Origin: Schmidtea nova | Lineage: Eukaryota | NCBI GenBank assembly: GCA_044892505.1 | Contig: CM097882.1 | Location: 174,778,001-174,842,000, forward strand | DNA length: 64,000 nt | Reading direction: 5' to 3' | Part shown: one piece after another, positions 35,579-49,204 of the stretch | How positions within the stretch are numbered: the stretch's first letter is position 1 | Layout: each line of letters opens with the position of its first letter | The notes under the pieces: model-generated | The model's input: only the letters and a program-made list of their open reading frames with translations | What the model was told of the DNA's origin: nothing | The model's database searches: none | Made by a program: the position numbers and the translations under genes

Positions 35579-36603
35579 ATATCTTTTATTAAACAAATTT
35601 TTATTATCTGTTTTATTATAATTTATACCGTTCCGGTTAAGTATAAAATGACTAGTTAATAAACCCTGTAGAAAATTTCTCGTATACAACTTCTAAGTAA
35701 ATTCGATATTTTACGCTAAGAAAAAATTAAAAATGTAAACATTTCGTTTATTTTCATATTCTCAGACAATATATCTAAGATAATTTTCGAATTCAACATA
35801 AATTTTCGGCACTGTTTTTAAAAATATTTATTCAATATTTTTAAATTAATTAATTTTTTATGAAACTCTCACTATTTTAGTATGTGAAAAACAGAATGAT
35901 ATCGCTTTTTGATAGATCTTTTATCTATATTGTTTGATGCACTTTGGTGATTTCTTATTTATTTTAAAATGAAGATCTGGTGAAAATGAAAAAATTGATC
36001 CTTGTTGCTTAAATTGATCTCCACAGTTAATAATTCACAAATTCAGTCATTACAAAATGACATAAAAAATATTTTTATTTCCCGTAAAAATTAAAAAAAA
36101 ATTATTTGAAAATGTTTTCTAAATTGCTTTTAGTGATTCTAAAATTTATGTAATGAAATTGTGATTTATGAAGATTATTAAGTGTAAAATTATATTTATT
36201 GTTCTTGACAAAAAAGAAAACTGCTAAAGCAATTTATATTAAATATATTAAAGGTAAATAAAGCACGGATAATATGCAAAAATTCATTACAATGCTAAAG
36301 AATTAAAGAAATAATCGAATACATTTTTTGCTAATTGTAAAGAAAGCTCTTTCGGTATATGCAAAATTAAAAAGTAGTTATGCATGTCTATGAATAAAAC
36401 TCCATTTTAAATTATCCAATCGAGAAGCAGTATATAAATAATTCTTCAATTGTATGTTCAGCTTGAATTTCAATAAATAAACATCTTGATCAAATGTCAC
36501 GTTATAACCATAGACGAAAAATTAAATAAGAAGTATTTTCATTTATGACAAGAACAAAAATTTTATTAAATTAACAAATTTTTTAATTTATATCGTTATA
36601 TCA

Positions 36604-37172
36604 TTAGTCGTCTTTGTAACAGATAACCGCATTGTTTCGGTTGCAAACAATATTATTCCACAATCCATTTGGATAACGAGCTCCTTCCAAGCAATTTTCA
36701 ACTCCAGGATTATTTGGTTCTCCTTGTTCCCAATTCCTGGAAATTGCAAAATCTTTTAACAATCCTGCTTATAAATAACAAATAATTCTTACGTGAAGGT
36801 CATTTTGCATCCACGATTATTTACCCATTTTCCGGTGACTTTTTTGTCATTGCCATCTATCCAATATCTGCCGAGGTTGTTCTTCTTGGCAAAGTTAAAT
36901 ACCATTTGCTAAAATATTAATTCAAAATAATGCTGAGTTATGAATTTGCATACGTTTGTTCTATCGTCTTCGACTTTGACAAGTTTCATATTTTCTTCAA
37001 TGCATAAACACGACGCAGTTTCATAATTCGTTTTTGTCGGTATTATTTTCAGTTGACTTTCAGTCAAACCTTAATAAAAGGTAAATTAATTGAAATCAAA
37101 GTCTTCAAAGGTCTTACCTTCACACCTTTGAAGGACAAAAAGCAAAGCAAAAGCAGCTATTAAATGAAACAT
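36604..37172 (-). CDS. Secreted C-type lectin CTL-A copy 2 (139 aa, 4 exons)
   Basis: Spliced product: MFHLIAAFALLFVLQRCEGLTESQLKIIPTKTNYETASCLCIEENMKLVKVEDDRTNQMVFNFAKKNNLGRYWIDGNDKKVTGKWVNNRGCKMTFTNWEQGEPNNPGVENCLEGARYPNGLWNNIVCNRNNAVICYKDD*. It has a signal peptide, WIDG, EPN and WNN. Confidence 0.92.
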
Positions 37173-38439
37173 GATATTTGTTTTATTGAAAGTATTTGGT
37201 CATTTTATAATGATTTTATCTTTTTGTTTTCGAAAACAAATTTGTGACTTATGATATTGAAATTAATTATTGTGAGAATAATCATATGGAAAATGTATAT
37301 ATTCATAAGATATCAATTATGGCAACTTTAATNNNNNNNNNNNNNNNNNNNNNNNNNNNNNNNNNNNNNNNNNNNNNNNNNNNNNNNNNNNNNNNNNNNN
37401 NNNNNNNNNNNNNNNNNNNNNNNNNNNNNNNNNNNNNNNNNNNNNNNNNNNNNNNNNNNNNNNNNNNNNNNNNNNNNNNNNNNNNNNNNNNNNNNNNNNN
37501 NNNNNNNNNNNNNNNNNNNNNNNNNNNNNNNNNNNNNNNNTAGCAGCATTAAGTATTAAATAAATTTGTAAATAAGTAACAAAATAAGGTTTTGCTGCAA
37601 AAACAATTTTAATAACTGAGAAAATTTTCCATTATAAAATAATCCTGGTCAATCTTTAATTCAGTATATAACTGGTACTTCATTCATTTATGCTGTTTCT
37701 TTATCGTGAATTATCTTCTTTTTCATTGGATGTTAATCTATTTAATATAAATTTTAAATTTTAAATTCTTAATTGTTTTTAAATGATTTTTTGTAAAAAT
37801 TTTTAAAATATAAAATAAAAACTCTAATATTTTTCAAATGTTTTCTAAATTTTTTTATTAATGTAAAATTTTCGATCAGTGGATTGAAGAGAATTGTTTT
37901 ATAATCGAAAATTTTATTCATTTATTACCGTGTGTGTTTATTTGAAAATATTTATTTTAATTTTGATTAATATTTTTATTTATTTCTACCGTATAAGCTT
38001 AAGTGTCTAATTAAATGTCAGTTTGTATTATTAAATACGCATATATTTAATATAAACTAGTTTTTTAAAAGTATTGAAATTTAAATCAACCTGTAGAAAT
38101 AATTACGTGGCGCACCATTTTCTCTGTACTGGCTTGGTGGTCAAACAATTACCGAAGGTGCTAGTGCGAATAAAGCCTCCTACGAGAAGTTGGATGAGGC
38201 AGAGCGCCAGTTACCAAGCGTTTGTGGTGAATTGGTCATACCATTTGCACCATTTTTTGTTGTATGTACTCGAAATTTTCTGACAAAATTCTAAGTCCCT
38301 AACGGTTTTTTGTTCATTTACGATCGCCTTCAAGTCGTAGTCAAATGTTTTAACGATGACAGTAATAAACGTTTTAATATCTTTTTGGTGCATTTTGCAG
38401 ACCGGCAGCTGATGGCACATGGACCGACTACGTTCCGTG

Positions 38440-38461
38440 GGCCACCACTTTGAGAATCACT
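38440..38461 (-). mobile_element. Isolated Charlie-type hAT terminal sequence (copy at ~53332-53353)
   Basis: The reverse complement reads AGTGATTCTCAAAGTGGTGGCCC; no partner end was found. Confidence 0.4.
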
Positions 38462-39139
38462 TATTTAGGGTCTAATCAAATGCACTTTGGTGTTGAAGTA
38501 TGTAGTATCATTGAAATACACAAATTAATACAGTGCGCCAACTATTATTTTGAATATTTTCCTTAAAATTTTTATGTAGATACAATGTTTCTGTCAATGT
38601 AATACAAATATCAAATATAGGTCACTATATTACATGCTCTCCTTAATGCCAACCGCAAAAGTGAAAATTTTCCGACGGGTGTGGGACCTTATGATATCAT
38701 TATCCTAGTAAATTCCATCTTCCACGCAAGTCGCCGCCAAAAAAGTATTAGAAAAATATAAATCATCTATTTTAATTTCGTTATAAATTTAGTTGTATGA
38801 GCTACATGTTTTATTGTACAGTCCAATTTTTGAATAATTAATGAGGTTATTTGCACACACAGTTGTTAAAGTTATTTTGTAAGCCTTTACTAATCTAATT
38901 ATTGTGATTATTTTCCTTTAGTTATAATTACTAAGCTTGTTATATTGTAAATTAACATAATTTATTTTGTTAATTATGTTATATTATTATTAAGATTTTT
39001 GTTTGTTAACTTGTAATTATTTTAATTTCTACCAGGCCTATGGAGACTTGTTGGATTTTAGTTTTAGTTTAAGTTTCCTTCTTTTTTGTTCTTTCTTATT
39101 TATTCTTTTTCTTTGTCTTCCTTGTTACTTTTAGGCATC

Positions 39140-41832
39140 ATGGATATCCGGAAATTTTTAAAACTTCTCAGACAGCCACAGCAAAAGACTCCAAATGTTG
39201 AAGAAAGAACTTTAACTCATGTCTGTAAAATACTGAAAACGGATGCTGTTGCTTGTTCATTTGCAGCAGCAACGCTATCACCAGAACCAGACCCTGACAA
39301 GCTTGAAAGTGGAGATACTAGGTTAACATATGAAATTGGACTCTATGTAAAATCTAATACGAAGATTCCTATCGATCTTAAGCTTAAGTATCGTTTGCTA
39401 ACTGCTCTATACAAACCTCACCTGTCATATGATTTTGAAGGCGACATGTCAGGAAGTGGAATACGTTGTTTCAGGGAATCTTGGCTAACCCAGTATAGTA
39501 CATGGTTATCATATTCATCTAGGTTAAAAGGTGCTTTTTGCATTTTCTGTGTTTTATTTCTGCAATCAGTTCAAAGAGGAATCCAAGGAGCCTTCATTAC
39601 TACTCCTTGTATAAAGTACAAAAATTTTAATGAATGTGCCAGAAACTATATCAGCTCAGCATGGCATCGTGGGTCTCAAAAAGATGCTGAACACTTCAAG
39701 TCAACCATTAGAGATCCAAATAAGGATATTGTTTGTTAGATAGATAATTCTGTAAAACGAACTATTGAAGAAAACAAAAACAAACTATATCCTATTATTT
39801 CAACAATATTATTTTGAGGAACAAATGATTTGGCAATTCGTGGGAAAGGCAGCACTAAAGGAAATGTCGAACAACTTTATGCTTATCGAATTGAGGGAGG
39901 AGACAGTATTTAAAAAAAACATTTTGATACAGTTGCTGGAAATTCACGCTACACATCACACCAAACGCAGAATGATTTGATCAATTTGTCTGAACAAGCT
40001 CTGTGAGAAGACATTGTAAAAGCTGCTAACAATGCTGTTGGATTCTCGATCATAACCGATGAAACAGCAGATATGTGACGAACAGAACAGTTATAACTGG
40101 GAGTCCAGTTTGTAGATAAGTCTAGTGAGAAGGCTATAATTCGTGAGGAATTCCTTGGATTTTCTCCGCTGAAAGGTATTGACGCCGCCACAATATCTGA
40201 TTGTATTATTCAGCATAACAAAACATTTGGTTTTCTCCTTAATAATCTGCTGGGTCAAGGTTATGATGAATGCTCGACAATGGCCGTAAAAGAAAATGGT
40301 GTTCAGGCAAAAATTCGAAGTATTTACCCCAAGGCTGTCTTTGTTCACTGTGCCTTTCACAGACTGAATCTAGTACTAAATAACCTTAATAATGTTGCAG
40401 TGATACAAAATACTATTGGTTATATCAAGGGTGGGCACGCATGAGTTCAATGAGAGACAATTTTCGATAATTTATTTTTTAAAGAGCCACCATAGTAAAG
40501 TACACATTTTTTTTATTTCATTAATTTGATTAAAAAAGACCTAAACGCTATTAAAACAAAAAGAAAATAATTATTTCAAAATTTAAGTAACAAAAATATA
40601 ATATAATAAAAATCCATTAATAAAAAGTAATGAAAATCCATTAATAAAAAGTAAAAAAAAGTGAAAAATTCCAAACCAAAAAAATCAGTGGAAAAAAAAT
40701 CGAATTCAATTTTCAAATTCAATTATCAATGAGCCGCAGTTTACTCAACGAAGAGCCGCATTTGCCCACCGTTGGGTTATATCAAAGCAATTATTACATT
40801 CTTTCGTGAAAGCCCAAAAATGAGGTCCTCTGTCCCAAATATTCTTCTTCTGTGTGAGACAAGACGGACAAGCAAGTATAAAGGTATTCGGATTTTTTCT
40901 AGTAAATTTGAAGATATTTATTGTCAACTGGAAGCATTTTCTTGCATACAAGTGGAAATACAAGACAGGCTGCATATCAGTTATATTGCTCATCGAAGTC
41001 CAGCACGTTTTTAATTTGTCTCAATATTATTTCGCAGTACTCTGCCATACTGGAACCAGTTACTCAGGCTCTTCAAGCTGTTCAAGTTGATCGTCCAGAA
41101 GTTCAACTGCAAGTTCAAACCCTGCTCAGTGTAATAAAACTTCACCGAGGTGATTCCGATAACTATTTCAGGGATATTTTTGAGAAAACAGTGCAACTCG
41201 CACAAAAAGTGGATATTGAAGTTATTATCTCAAGACAGTGTGGAAGACAAAAGCATCGAAGTAATCCGGGAACCATAAGTGTTGAAGAGTACTTCAAACA
41301 AGCAGTTTACATTCCATACTTAGATTCTCTAATTACCTCAATGGAGAGTTGATTTTGTGAAGCCAACACTGTACAATTTAACTTAGCGTTGCTACATCCT
41401 TCGAAATTGTGCAAACTGAATCGTCAACAGTTTAAGGATATAATGTCTACTATTAATAAAGTATACCACATTGATTATTTTGAAACTTAAGCCTTGAGTT
41501 GATTTGATTTTTGGGAAACGCGAGAATACAAAAGTAGCCAAGATTTCATCGACTTGTTACCTAATACAAAGTTTTATCCGAGTTTCAGGTATGCTTTACT
41601 AGTTTTGCTAACATTACCAGCAACAACATGTACGGTGAAGCGACCGTTCAGCACATTACGTCTTGTATAAACATGGCTTAGATCTACAATATCAGATGAA
41701 CGTCTGTCGGTATTGTGCGTGTTAAACGTACACAGAGACAAAGACAACTGCAACAAAAAAGACTTTATGGACAAAACTGTAGATGTTTTTGGTAGCGATA
41801 ACAGACGACTCCAGTTCTTGTTTAAAGAATAA
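39140..41832 (+). pseudogene. hAT transposase (TTF Zn finger, DUF4371-like, dimerisation domain) with multiple stops and frameshifts
   Basis: FRESWLTQYSTWLSYS..GAFCIFCVLF; FSIITDETADM; EEFLGF; QGYDECSTM; FVHCAFHRLNL; WLRSTISDERLSVLCVLNVH. Confidence 0.9.
40426..40774. mobile_element. 349-bp hAT MITE inserted in the transposase (copy at 55318-55666)
   Basis: TIRs CAAGGGTGGGCA and (reverse complement) CAACGGTGGGCA; perfect 8-bp TSD GGTTATAT (40418-40425 and 40775-40782). Confidence 0.92.
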
Positions 41833-42099
41833 ATTTCATTTTAAATTTATGTTGTAATATTTTTTATATTGTGTTAATAAAAAAGTTGTTGCTACAGTAT
41901 GCCCTTCATTACTACAGTGTCCTGTCCGTTCTTTCACCATACAAATACTCTACAGTAAATTAGAACTACATGAAAACATTACTAAAAATATTTTGCCCCC
42001 CTCCTAGAAAATTTTCTGCGGGCGCCCATGTTCACAGTAGAAAACTAAATGAAGATAAATGAAATTTTGAAGGAGTGAAAGAGATATGCAAATGTGGAG

Positions 42100-42915
42100 A
42101 GTCAAAATACAAACAAAAAATAATGATGTTAACAAATGTACAGAGTAAACTAGATAGAGAACTAGTTACGTGATTATTGTCCAAACGAACTAATCTATTA
42201 CAACAATGACTTCAACGATTGGAGCGGGACCAAGAAGACTTAAAGGAATATAACGAAGGCCTAAAATGATAGTGTGGAACATGAGGAAAGCTGAAATAAA
42301 GGAGTTTATGAGCTCCCAAGTGGCCAATGACATCCAAACCGTAATGAAAATAATAGAATTTCGAGGACCCGAGAATCTCAACGCAAACACCGCGACTAAG
42401 GACATCCACGAACGAAAACAAAAGAAGTTCAATAGTAAAGCTCGGCTACGGTACAAATGGAAACAAGAGGCTCAGGTGAAATGTGCTAATGAAGCTGGCG
42501 CTCTTGAGATACTGAAAGAAATTTATTGCCAGTTGAGTAATGACTTTTAGATATTGTAGTACGGCTAAATAAATGTATCTAATTGTGTTTTCGCTAGTCT
42601 TATCCGTAAATCTAAAATGATCCAAGCTTCCCTTAATGTCTTAGAGAGTCAAATAAAAGTTGAACGAACCCTAATAGCAGATCTCCTTAACTAAGCGTTC
42701 CCATAAATGCAATTTGTGTCTTCTATCGGAACAGATAGGTGATAGGCAGAGTATTGATTCAAAGTGAGATAAGTGAGCTCATTGCTGACATAGGCTGTCA
42801 ACCACTAGCATGTATTACCAACGTGAGTGTACACGGGTATGCTCGGTGGAAAATAGTTTGATGAACCGTGGGAATTTTGTTTGATGATGTTTCACCATGT
42901 AAATCAGGGTCAAAC
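42100..42915 (+). pseudogene. Decayed coding-like segment, possibly retroelement gag-derived (copy at ~56990-57807)
   Basis: ORF 42266-42550 plus neighbouring interrupted frames; GC-richer than flanks; no diagnostic motif. Confidence 0.3.
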
Positions 42916-43992
42916 NNNNNNNNNNNNNNNNNNNNNNNNNNNNNNNNNNNNNNNNNNNNNNNNNNNNNNNNNNNNNNNNNNNNNNNNNNNNNNNNNNNNN
43001 NNNNNNNNNNNNNNNNNNNNNNNNNNNNNNNNNNNNNNNNNNNNNNNNNNNNNNNNNNNNNNNNNNNNNNNNNNNNNNNNNNNNNNNNNNNNNNNNNNNN
43101 NNNNNNNNNNNNNNNNNNNNNNNNNNNNNNNNNNNNNNNNNNNNNNNNNNNNNNNNNNNNNNNNNNNNNNNNNNNNNNNNNNNNNNNNNNNNNNNNNNNN
43201 NNNNNNNNNNNNNNNNNNNNNNNNNNNNNNNNNNNNNNNNNNNNNNNNNNNNNNNNNNNNNNNNNNNNNNNNNNNNNNNNNNNNNNNNNNNNNNNGACAA
43301 AACAATTTGTATTTATACTTTCAATCTGAGCCAGATTAACGTCGTCTTCAAAATAGCTACAGATAAGATTTTAATAAAAAATTAAAATTTCAAAGGGAGA
43401 TTTATTCTCGAGAATTCATTAAAAGAGCTTTTTTTATGAAGGAATTATTCTAATTGTGTATGGGGAAGTGATTTTCTTTTTGATTTTTTAAAATGTTTTT
43501 ATTTAAAAAAGAGCATTTTATTAATTAAAAAGACTTTGACTCTATATGATTTTTTAAATTTTTTTTAAAAAAGGACGCTCTAATTACTGAAAATTATTAA
43601 ATAAAAATAATTTTAAATTTTGTTTAAAATAAAAATTTTATTTAATATATCTCAAGAATAAATCTTAATTTGTATTAATAATCAACATTAAATCAGAATT
43701 CGAGAGGAAGAAAATATCCAGGAAGAAGTGTAAAGTCAATTTGAATAAATTTCGTATTGGAGTGATCAGGATCTTTTTAAGATCGAAATATTTCATTTAA
43801 ATAAACATTGCGGAGAAGGCTTACTATTGTTATCATGTTATTACTTATTATTATGTTATTACTTTTATAATGGATATGTAAATTATTTAATTTTAAAAAT
43901 ATTATATTTTAAAAATTAAAAGTTTTTAATATTTTTATTAATCAAATGCCATTGGCCTTAATTAAAATGGCTTAAGTGTAAAGAATTAGTCA

Positions 43993-44662
43993 CTAATTTT
44001 GTTTGTAGCAGATAACTGAATTTTTGCGATAGCAATTCCCATCTCCCCAGTAGTCATTTGCGTATAACCCTTTCAAACAGTCGGCATCATCGTGATTATT
44101 TGGCAATCCAGGATACCAGTTACTAAATATAACACAAATGAAAAAGAATACACATTATAATGCTAAAAGTTACGTATATTTCATTTTACAACCGCTATTA
44201 TAGACCCATTGGCCTTCAGTCTCAATATCATTTCCATTTATCCAATATTGGCCAGTTCGTTTCTTCCTTGCAAAATTATAAACCAAAGTCTGAATTATAA
44301 AAATAACTTTTAAAAAGTTACTTATTTAAACACAAAAACTTACATTTGTTTGTTTGTCTTTAATTGTTATCAACTTCATTCCTTGGGACTTGCAGAAACA
44401 AGCTGCTCCTCTATAAGTTACATTAAGAGGCAAAACGACAAGTTGGTCTTCGGTTATTTGAGCTGCTTATAAAATATAATTTAATTAATTAAAATTGTTA
44501 AGAAGGTTAATAAATGAAAATTCATCACAAATAAGCCTAATAATAATGATATCAAGCATCACTCAAAAATGGGCAATAAATAATGTAAAAATATTTACCA
44601 TTGAATTCTGATGGGAAAAGGGCAAAAATAACAAGAAATGGGAACATAAATATTGGAATCAT
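43993..44662 (-). CDS. Secreted C-type lectin CTL-B copy 2
   Basis: Same exon structure as 23044-23713; differs by SQE>SQG, KNA>KNS and one synonymous Cys codon. Confidence 0.9.
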
Positions 44663-47114
44663 TATTTTTATTATATATCACTTTTTATTATGAATATTTT
44701 AGGTATTTATAACTCACTTTATCTTTGTTTTCTTTCATTGTTTTTGCGCTGACATGTTTTCGCTATTTTATTTACGTGTAATTACATGAGAATTCAACAG
44801 TTTTATTTTTGACATTTTTCCAAATGCCGCCACGGATTTATTTTGATTATTTTGTAGATATTAGTATAATCATGATTTCATTTTTAATATATACTTTTTT
44901 TAAATAATAATAATAACCTTACAAAGTGCCTTATCCGACATTCTTTAAGGATTTTCAATATATTTTAAACTTATTTTACATGGCACTGCTATTATGAATC
45001 AAATTTATAAAATCTAATTCGATTTATTTTTCCACTTCCTTTTTATATAGATTTAAACGAGCTACAAAATGATATTGGAAATTTTAATTACAAGATAATT
45101 AATAAATTTTATCTATAAAATATTTTAAATGAAAAAAAATTTTCAAAAAAATTTTTGGTAAGAGCTATTTACAAGTATTTCAAAACTGGCTATCACGAGT
45201 ATTTTATTATTGTATAAATAAACATTGTAAGGCAGCGTTTTCCAACCCTTTTACGATTATCGCCCATTTCCAATTGCTGAAAATTCAAATCGCCCAGATT
45301 GGGAAACACTGGGGTAGAGTAGATGTAACTACATGAAAGGTAATGTGTGTGCGTCATATATTATTATACTATAAAGATTGACAAATTGAGGGCAGAGGTG
45401 TATGTAGACGGAGGTCATTTATAGGATTTGTTTGTGTGTGTCTGTGCTATATATAGTATCTAGATTCTAGAATTTAGAAAGATACGGAAATATTAAAATT
45501 TTAAGGCAAACAGTAATGTAAGGTATGCTATCATTTAGAACGTGTCTTTCATTGCTTAAAGCTTCATTTTTTGTTGATCTTTTAATTCCTTACCTAATTT
45601 TTCTGTAAAATATTGTTTTATTGAAGATACATATAAAAAATCCCTGCTCAGAATTTGCTTTATCATTAAAGATATCAAAAAATGCCAATCATTATTACGC
45701 TACATCATATCCAAAATATAAAATAAAGTAACATTGTAAATTATTAATAATTTAAATTTTTCATTTACATAGTCTTTAATATTTTTCTTTTCAGTTTGAT
45801 TACTAGTCATTCAACACTATATGGCGCTCATTAAAATCAATATAATAAAATTCTATGATATAAAATACTCTCACATGTATGTTGGCGGTGTACTGCTGAT
45901 GAATAAAATCTTCTTTGTGGAGTACAATCCTGGAGGAAAGCAAGATAGATTCTATCTGATAGAATCTGATTTTCTATCTGATAGAAAATTAAAATGAACG
46001 CTCAAATAGGAGCAAATAATGCATTTATTTTTGACAATGAAAACAGTTGAAATGCATTGACAGCTTGCATACATTTAATAACAATTGTTGCATTGTCGTG
46101 GGCTGTTTGTGTGCATTATAGAAATTTTATTCATCGTAAGTACATCGCTAACACACAAGTGAGTTTCTGCAACTTCCATAATATAATTTTATTTTATATT
46201 ATAGGGATTCTAATGAGTGCTTTTACGGTGTATATTCAATTTAAATTTAAAATAATTTTTGCTGATTATTTCCTAATATTATTTAAATAAATTTTTATTA
46301 TACTAAATTATATAAATTATAATCGCTATTATGATTGTTATGTGATCAAATTAATATTTTTATGTAGTTATTTTTGTTGATATTGTTATTGTTATTACTT
46401 ATTAATCATATGATAATTATTTCCGCCTCTTCCTCAAATTCTTGTGATAATATAGTCGTTTATTCCCTATAGTAAGTACCTTACCAACTTACTAAGAAAA
46501 TTCAAAAATTCAAAAATCAATGGAAATTTTAAATTTGAAAATGACATAACAACAGGAAAGTAAATTTTGAGAAAAAATAAAAATCAAATACAAAAGGAAT
46601 AAATAAAACTAACTTAGATTCATATCAAACTTTTCCAAAGAAATTAGAACTTAGAAATTTAAAATTAATATTATTCGAAGCTCAAGGAACAAGAAAAAGA
46701 TTAATTTATCAGAAGTATTTATCGAGAATTCAAGTGAATTCTCTTTTACCAAAACCTCGTGAAAACACCGAAAGCCTTCTTCATAATCTTGACCTGAGTT
46801 AATCTTCTCTTCCTTATTTCTTTCTTTTTCAAAATAAAGTATAAAAATTTATCCAAATCCAATCATGACATCTCAGAGCATTTTACCCGTAAAGATAGTC
46901 CTAGAAGCTGTTCAAGAAAACAAAATTGTAAGACAATATTTATTACACAAAAGTTTTCTAAAAAAAAATAGTTTGAATAAATAGTATATTAAAAATAGTC
47001 TATTCATTACAAATATAAATTTTAAATTATCTGTAAAATTATTTTTTTCTTCCCTTTTAACCTGTTTCACTCCTTCAAAATTTCATTTATCTTCATTTAG
47101 TTTTCTACTGTGAA

Positions 47115-49204
47115 CATGGGCGCCCGCATAAAATTTTCTAGGAGGGGGCAAAATATTTTTAGTAATGTTTTAATGTAGTTTTAATTTACTGTAGAGTATT
47201 TGTATGGTGAACGAACGAACAGGACACTGTAGTAATGAAGGGCATACTGTAGCAACAAATTTTTTATTAACACAATATATGTATATAACAAAAAATATTA
47301 TAACATAAATTTAAAATAAAATTTATTCTTTAAACAAGAACTGGAGTCATCTGTTATCACTATCAAACATATCTACAATTTTGTCCATAAAGTCTTTTTT
47401 GTTGCAGTTCACTTTGTCTTTGTGTACGCTTAACATGCACAATCCAGACAGACGTTCATCTGACATTTTAGATCTAAGCCATGGCGTTTGAGAGGTTTTA
47501 AAGATTTTCAGATATCCATGACGCCTAAAAGTAACAAGGAAGACAAAGATAAAGAATAAAGAAGAAAAAACAAAAAACAAAAAACAAAAAAGAAGAAACA
47601 AAAAAGAAGGAAACTTAAACTAAAACTAAAATCCAACCAGTCTCCATAGGCCTGGTAGAAATTAAAATAAATACAAGTTAACAAACAAAAATCTTTATAA
47701 TAATATAACATAATTAACAAAATAAATTATGTTAATTTATAATATAACAAGCTTAGTAATTATAACTAAAGGAAAATAATCACAATAATTAGATCACAAT
47801 AATCCATGTTGCACTCTGTCACCTAATACTTAACAATGAACTTTGAACAATTATTTTACACTCATGTATACTTTGAATTACTTATAAAAGTTGATGTTTG
47901 GTTTCGTAATTTATTATGGATGGACATAGAATGGTATAGGTAGATAGGAAAATAAATAATTAAAATAACATCATTTATTTAAAGAAAAAGATACAGAAAA
48001 ATATTTCTACGATAAAAATCTAAAAACTTAAATTATACGCTATTCCCCGTAAAAATTCTAACGTTGTTCTACTATGTCGGTTATTTTCAATCGTTGCCAA
48101 TACCTGGTTTTTCTCTAGATATTGTTTTTTACGTTAGGGCCGCGGTTCCCCCAGAATTATGGATTCCGTTGCAGCTGCAGTGCTGTCTTGTTTTTGTCTT
48201 AACTGCTTAATTATGTAGAATACCCCAGGATGATTTTTTCCAACCAATATTTGCCATCTTCTGTGCCTACCCTCTACTTTGTTTTGAGTTCTTGGTATGC
48301 CGTTTATTTTGTTGTCATATATAGACCAAAGCTGAGGTTGAAAAAGTGGTGGGACTCTCTATTCTCTTCAATTTATATTCTTTAATCGGCCATTCACATA
48401 ATTTTCTTAGAACCATGTCACCACTTCTTCAGCAGTAGGGGGTAATATATTTTTACCAGACTTCTCTTATATAACATGAATTATGTAACGTATCTAGTTT
48501 TTACATTCCGATATACGAAGTATAATTTGTCAATAAAAATCAATTTATCTAATTAGATTACTTAACGACATTTATATGAAAAATTAGAGTGACCATTTGT
48601 CTGTCGGCATTTTGTCTGTCGGCCTATTGTCTGTCGGCCTTTTGTCTATGTCGACATCTTGTCTGTCGGCCTTTTGTCTCTGACGGCCTTTTGTCTATGT
48701 CGGCCTTTTGTCCGGATCCCAATTAAAATAGATGATTTATATTTTTCTAATACTTTTTTGGTGGCGAAGGTCCCACGCCCATCGGCCAATTTTCTCTTTT
48801 GCGGTTGACATTAAGGAGAGCATGTAATATATTAATGTATGGTAAGGTTTAGTAATACTAACAGCTCGATTCACAAGTCTATTAATATAAAGGATACAGG
48901 GGTATTTGCTTAGGTAAATACAATACGTCGCGAAGAGTTTACGGAACGCGTTTCTTCTTTAAGCGGTAGGGAAAGAATGATCGGCCCAAGCAATGAGGCA
49001 CAGGGCCGAACGCTTGACGCTCACGTCACACCGGTGATTCGCCAACCTGGCGATGATGTTGCTCCAGGCCGTCCAACGTTCTGCCTCTCATACTTTTTTA
49101 TGCTAACACAAAGTGATTTAAAATAAAAGTAACATTATTTGAGTATTTTCAATCAATCCAGGGGGATCAAGTGCCCCCTTGCCACCCTCCTGCGGGCACC
49201 CATG
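47115..49204 (-). mobile_element. Internally deleted hAT, copy A2 (A3 starts at 62043 and runs off the window)
   Basis: Same TIRs and the same ACTGTGAA TSD as A1. Confidence 0.92.

Larger units (their letters stand above)
38620..42030 (+). mobile_element. Longer hAT (ZMYM1/P52rIPK-like), copy B1; left TIR not seen
   Basis: Right TIR ...TGCGGGCGCCCATG ends at 42030; same family as 32173-34308 but inverted. Confidence 0.88.
31860..46800 (+). repeat. Tandem segmental duplication unit 1 (~14.9 kb)
   Basis: ORFs recur at offsets of +14892 to +14928 (e.g. 34717/49613, 39086/53978, 46057/60985). Confidence 0.95.
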
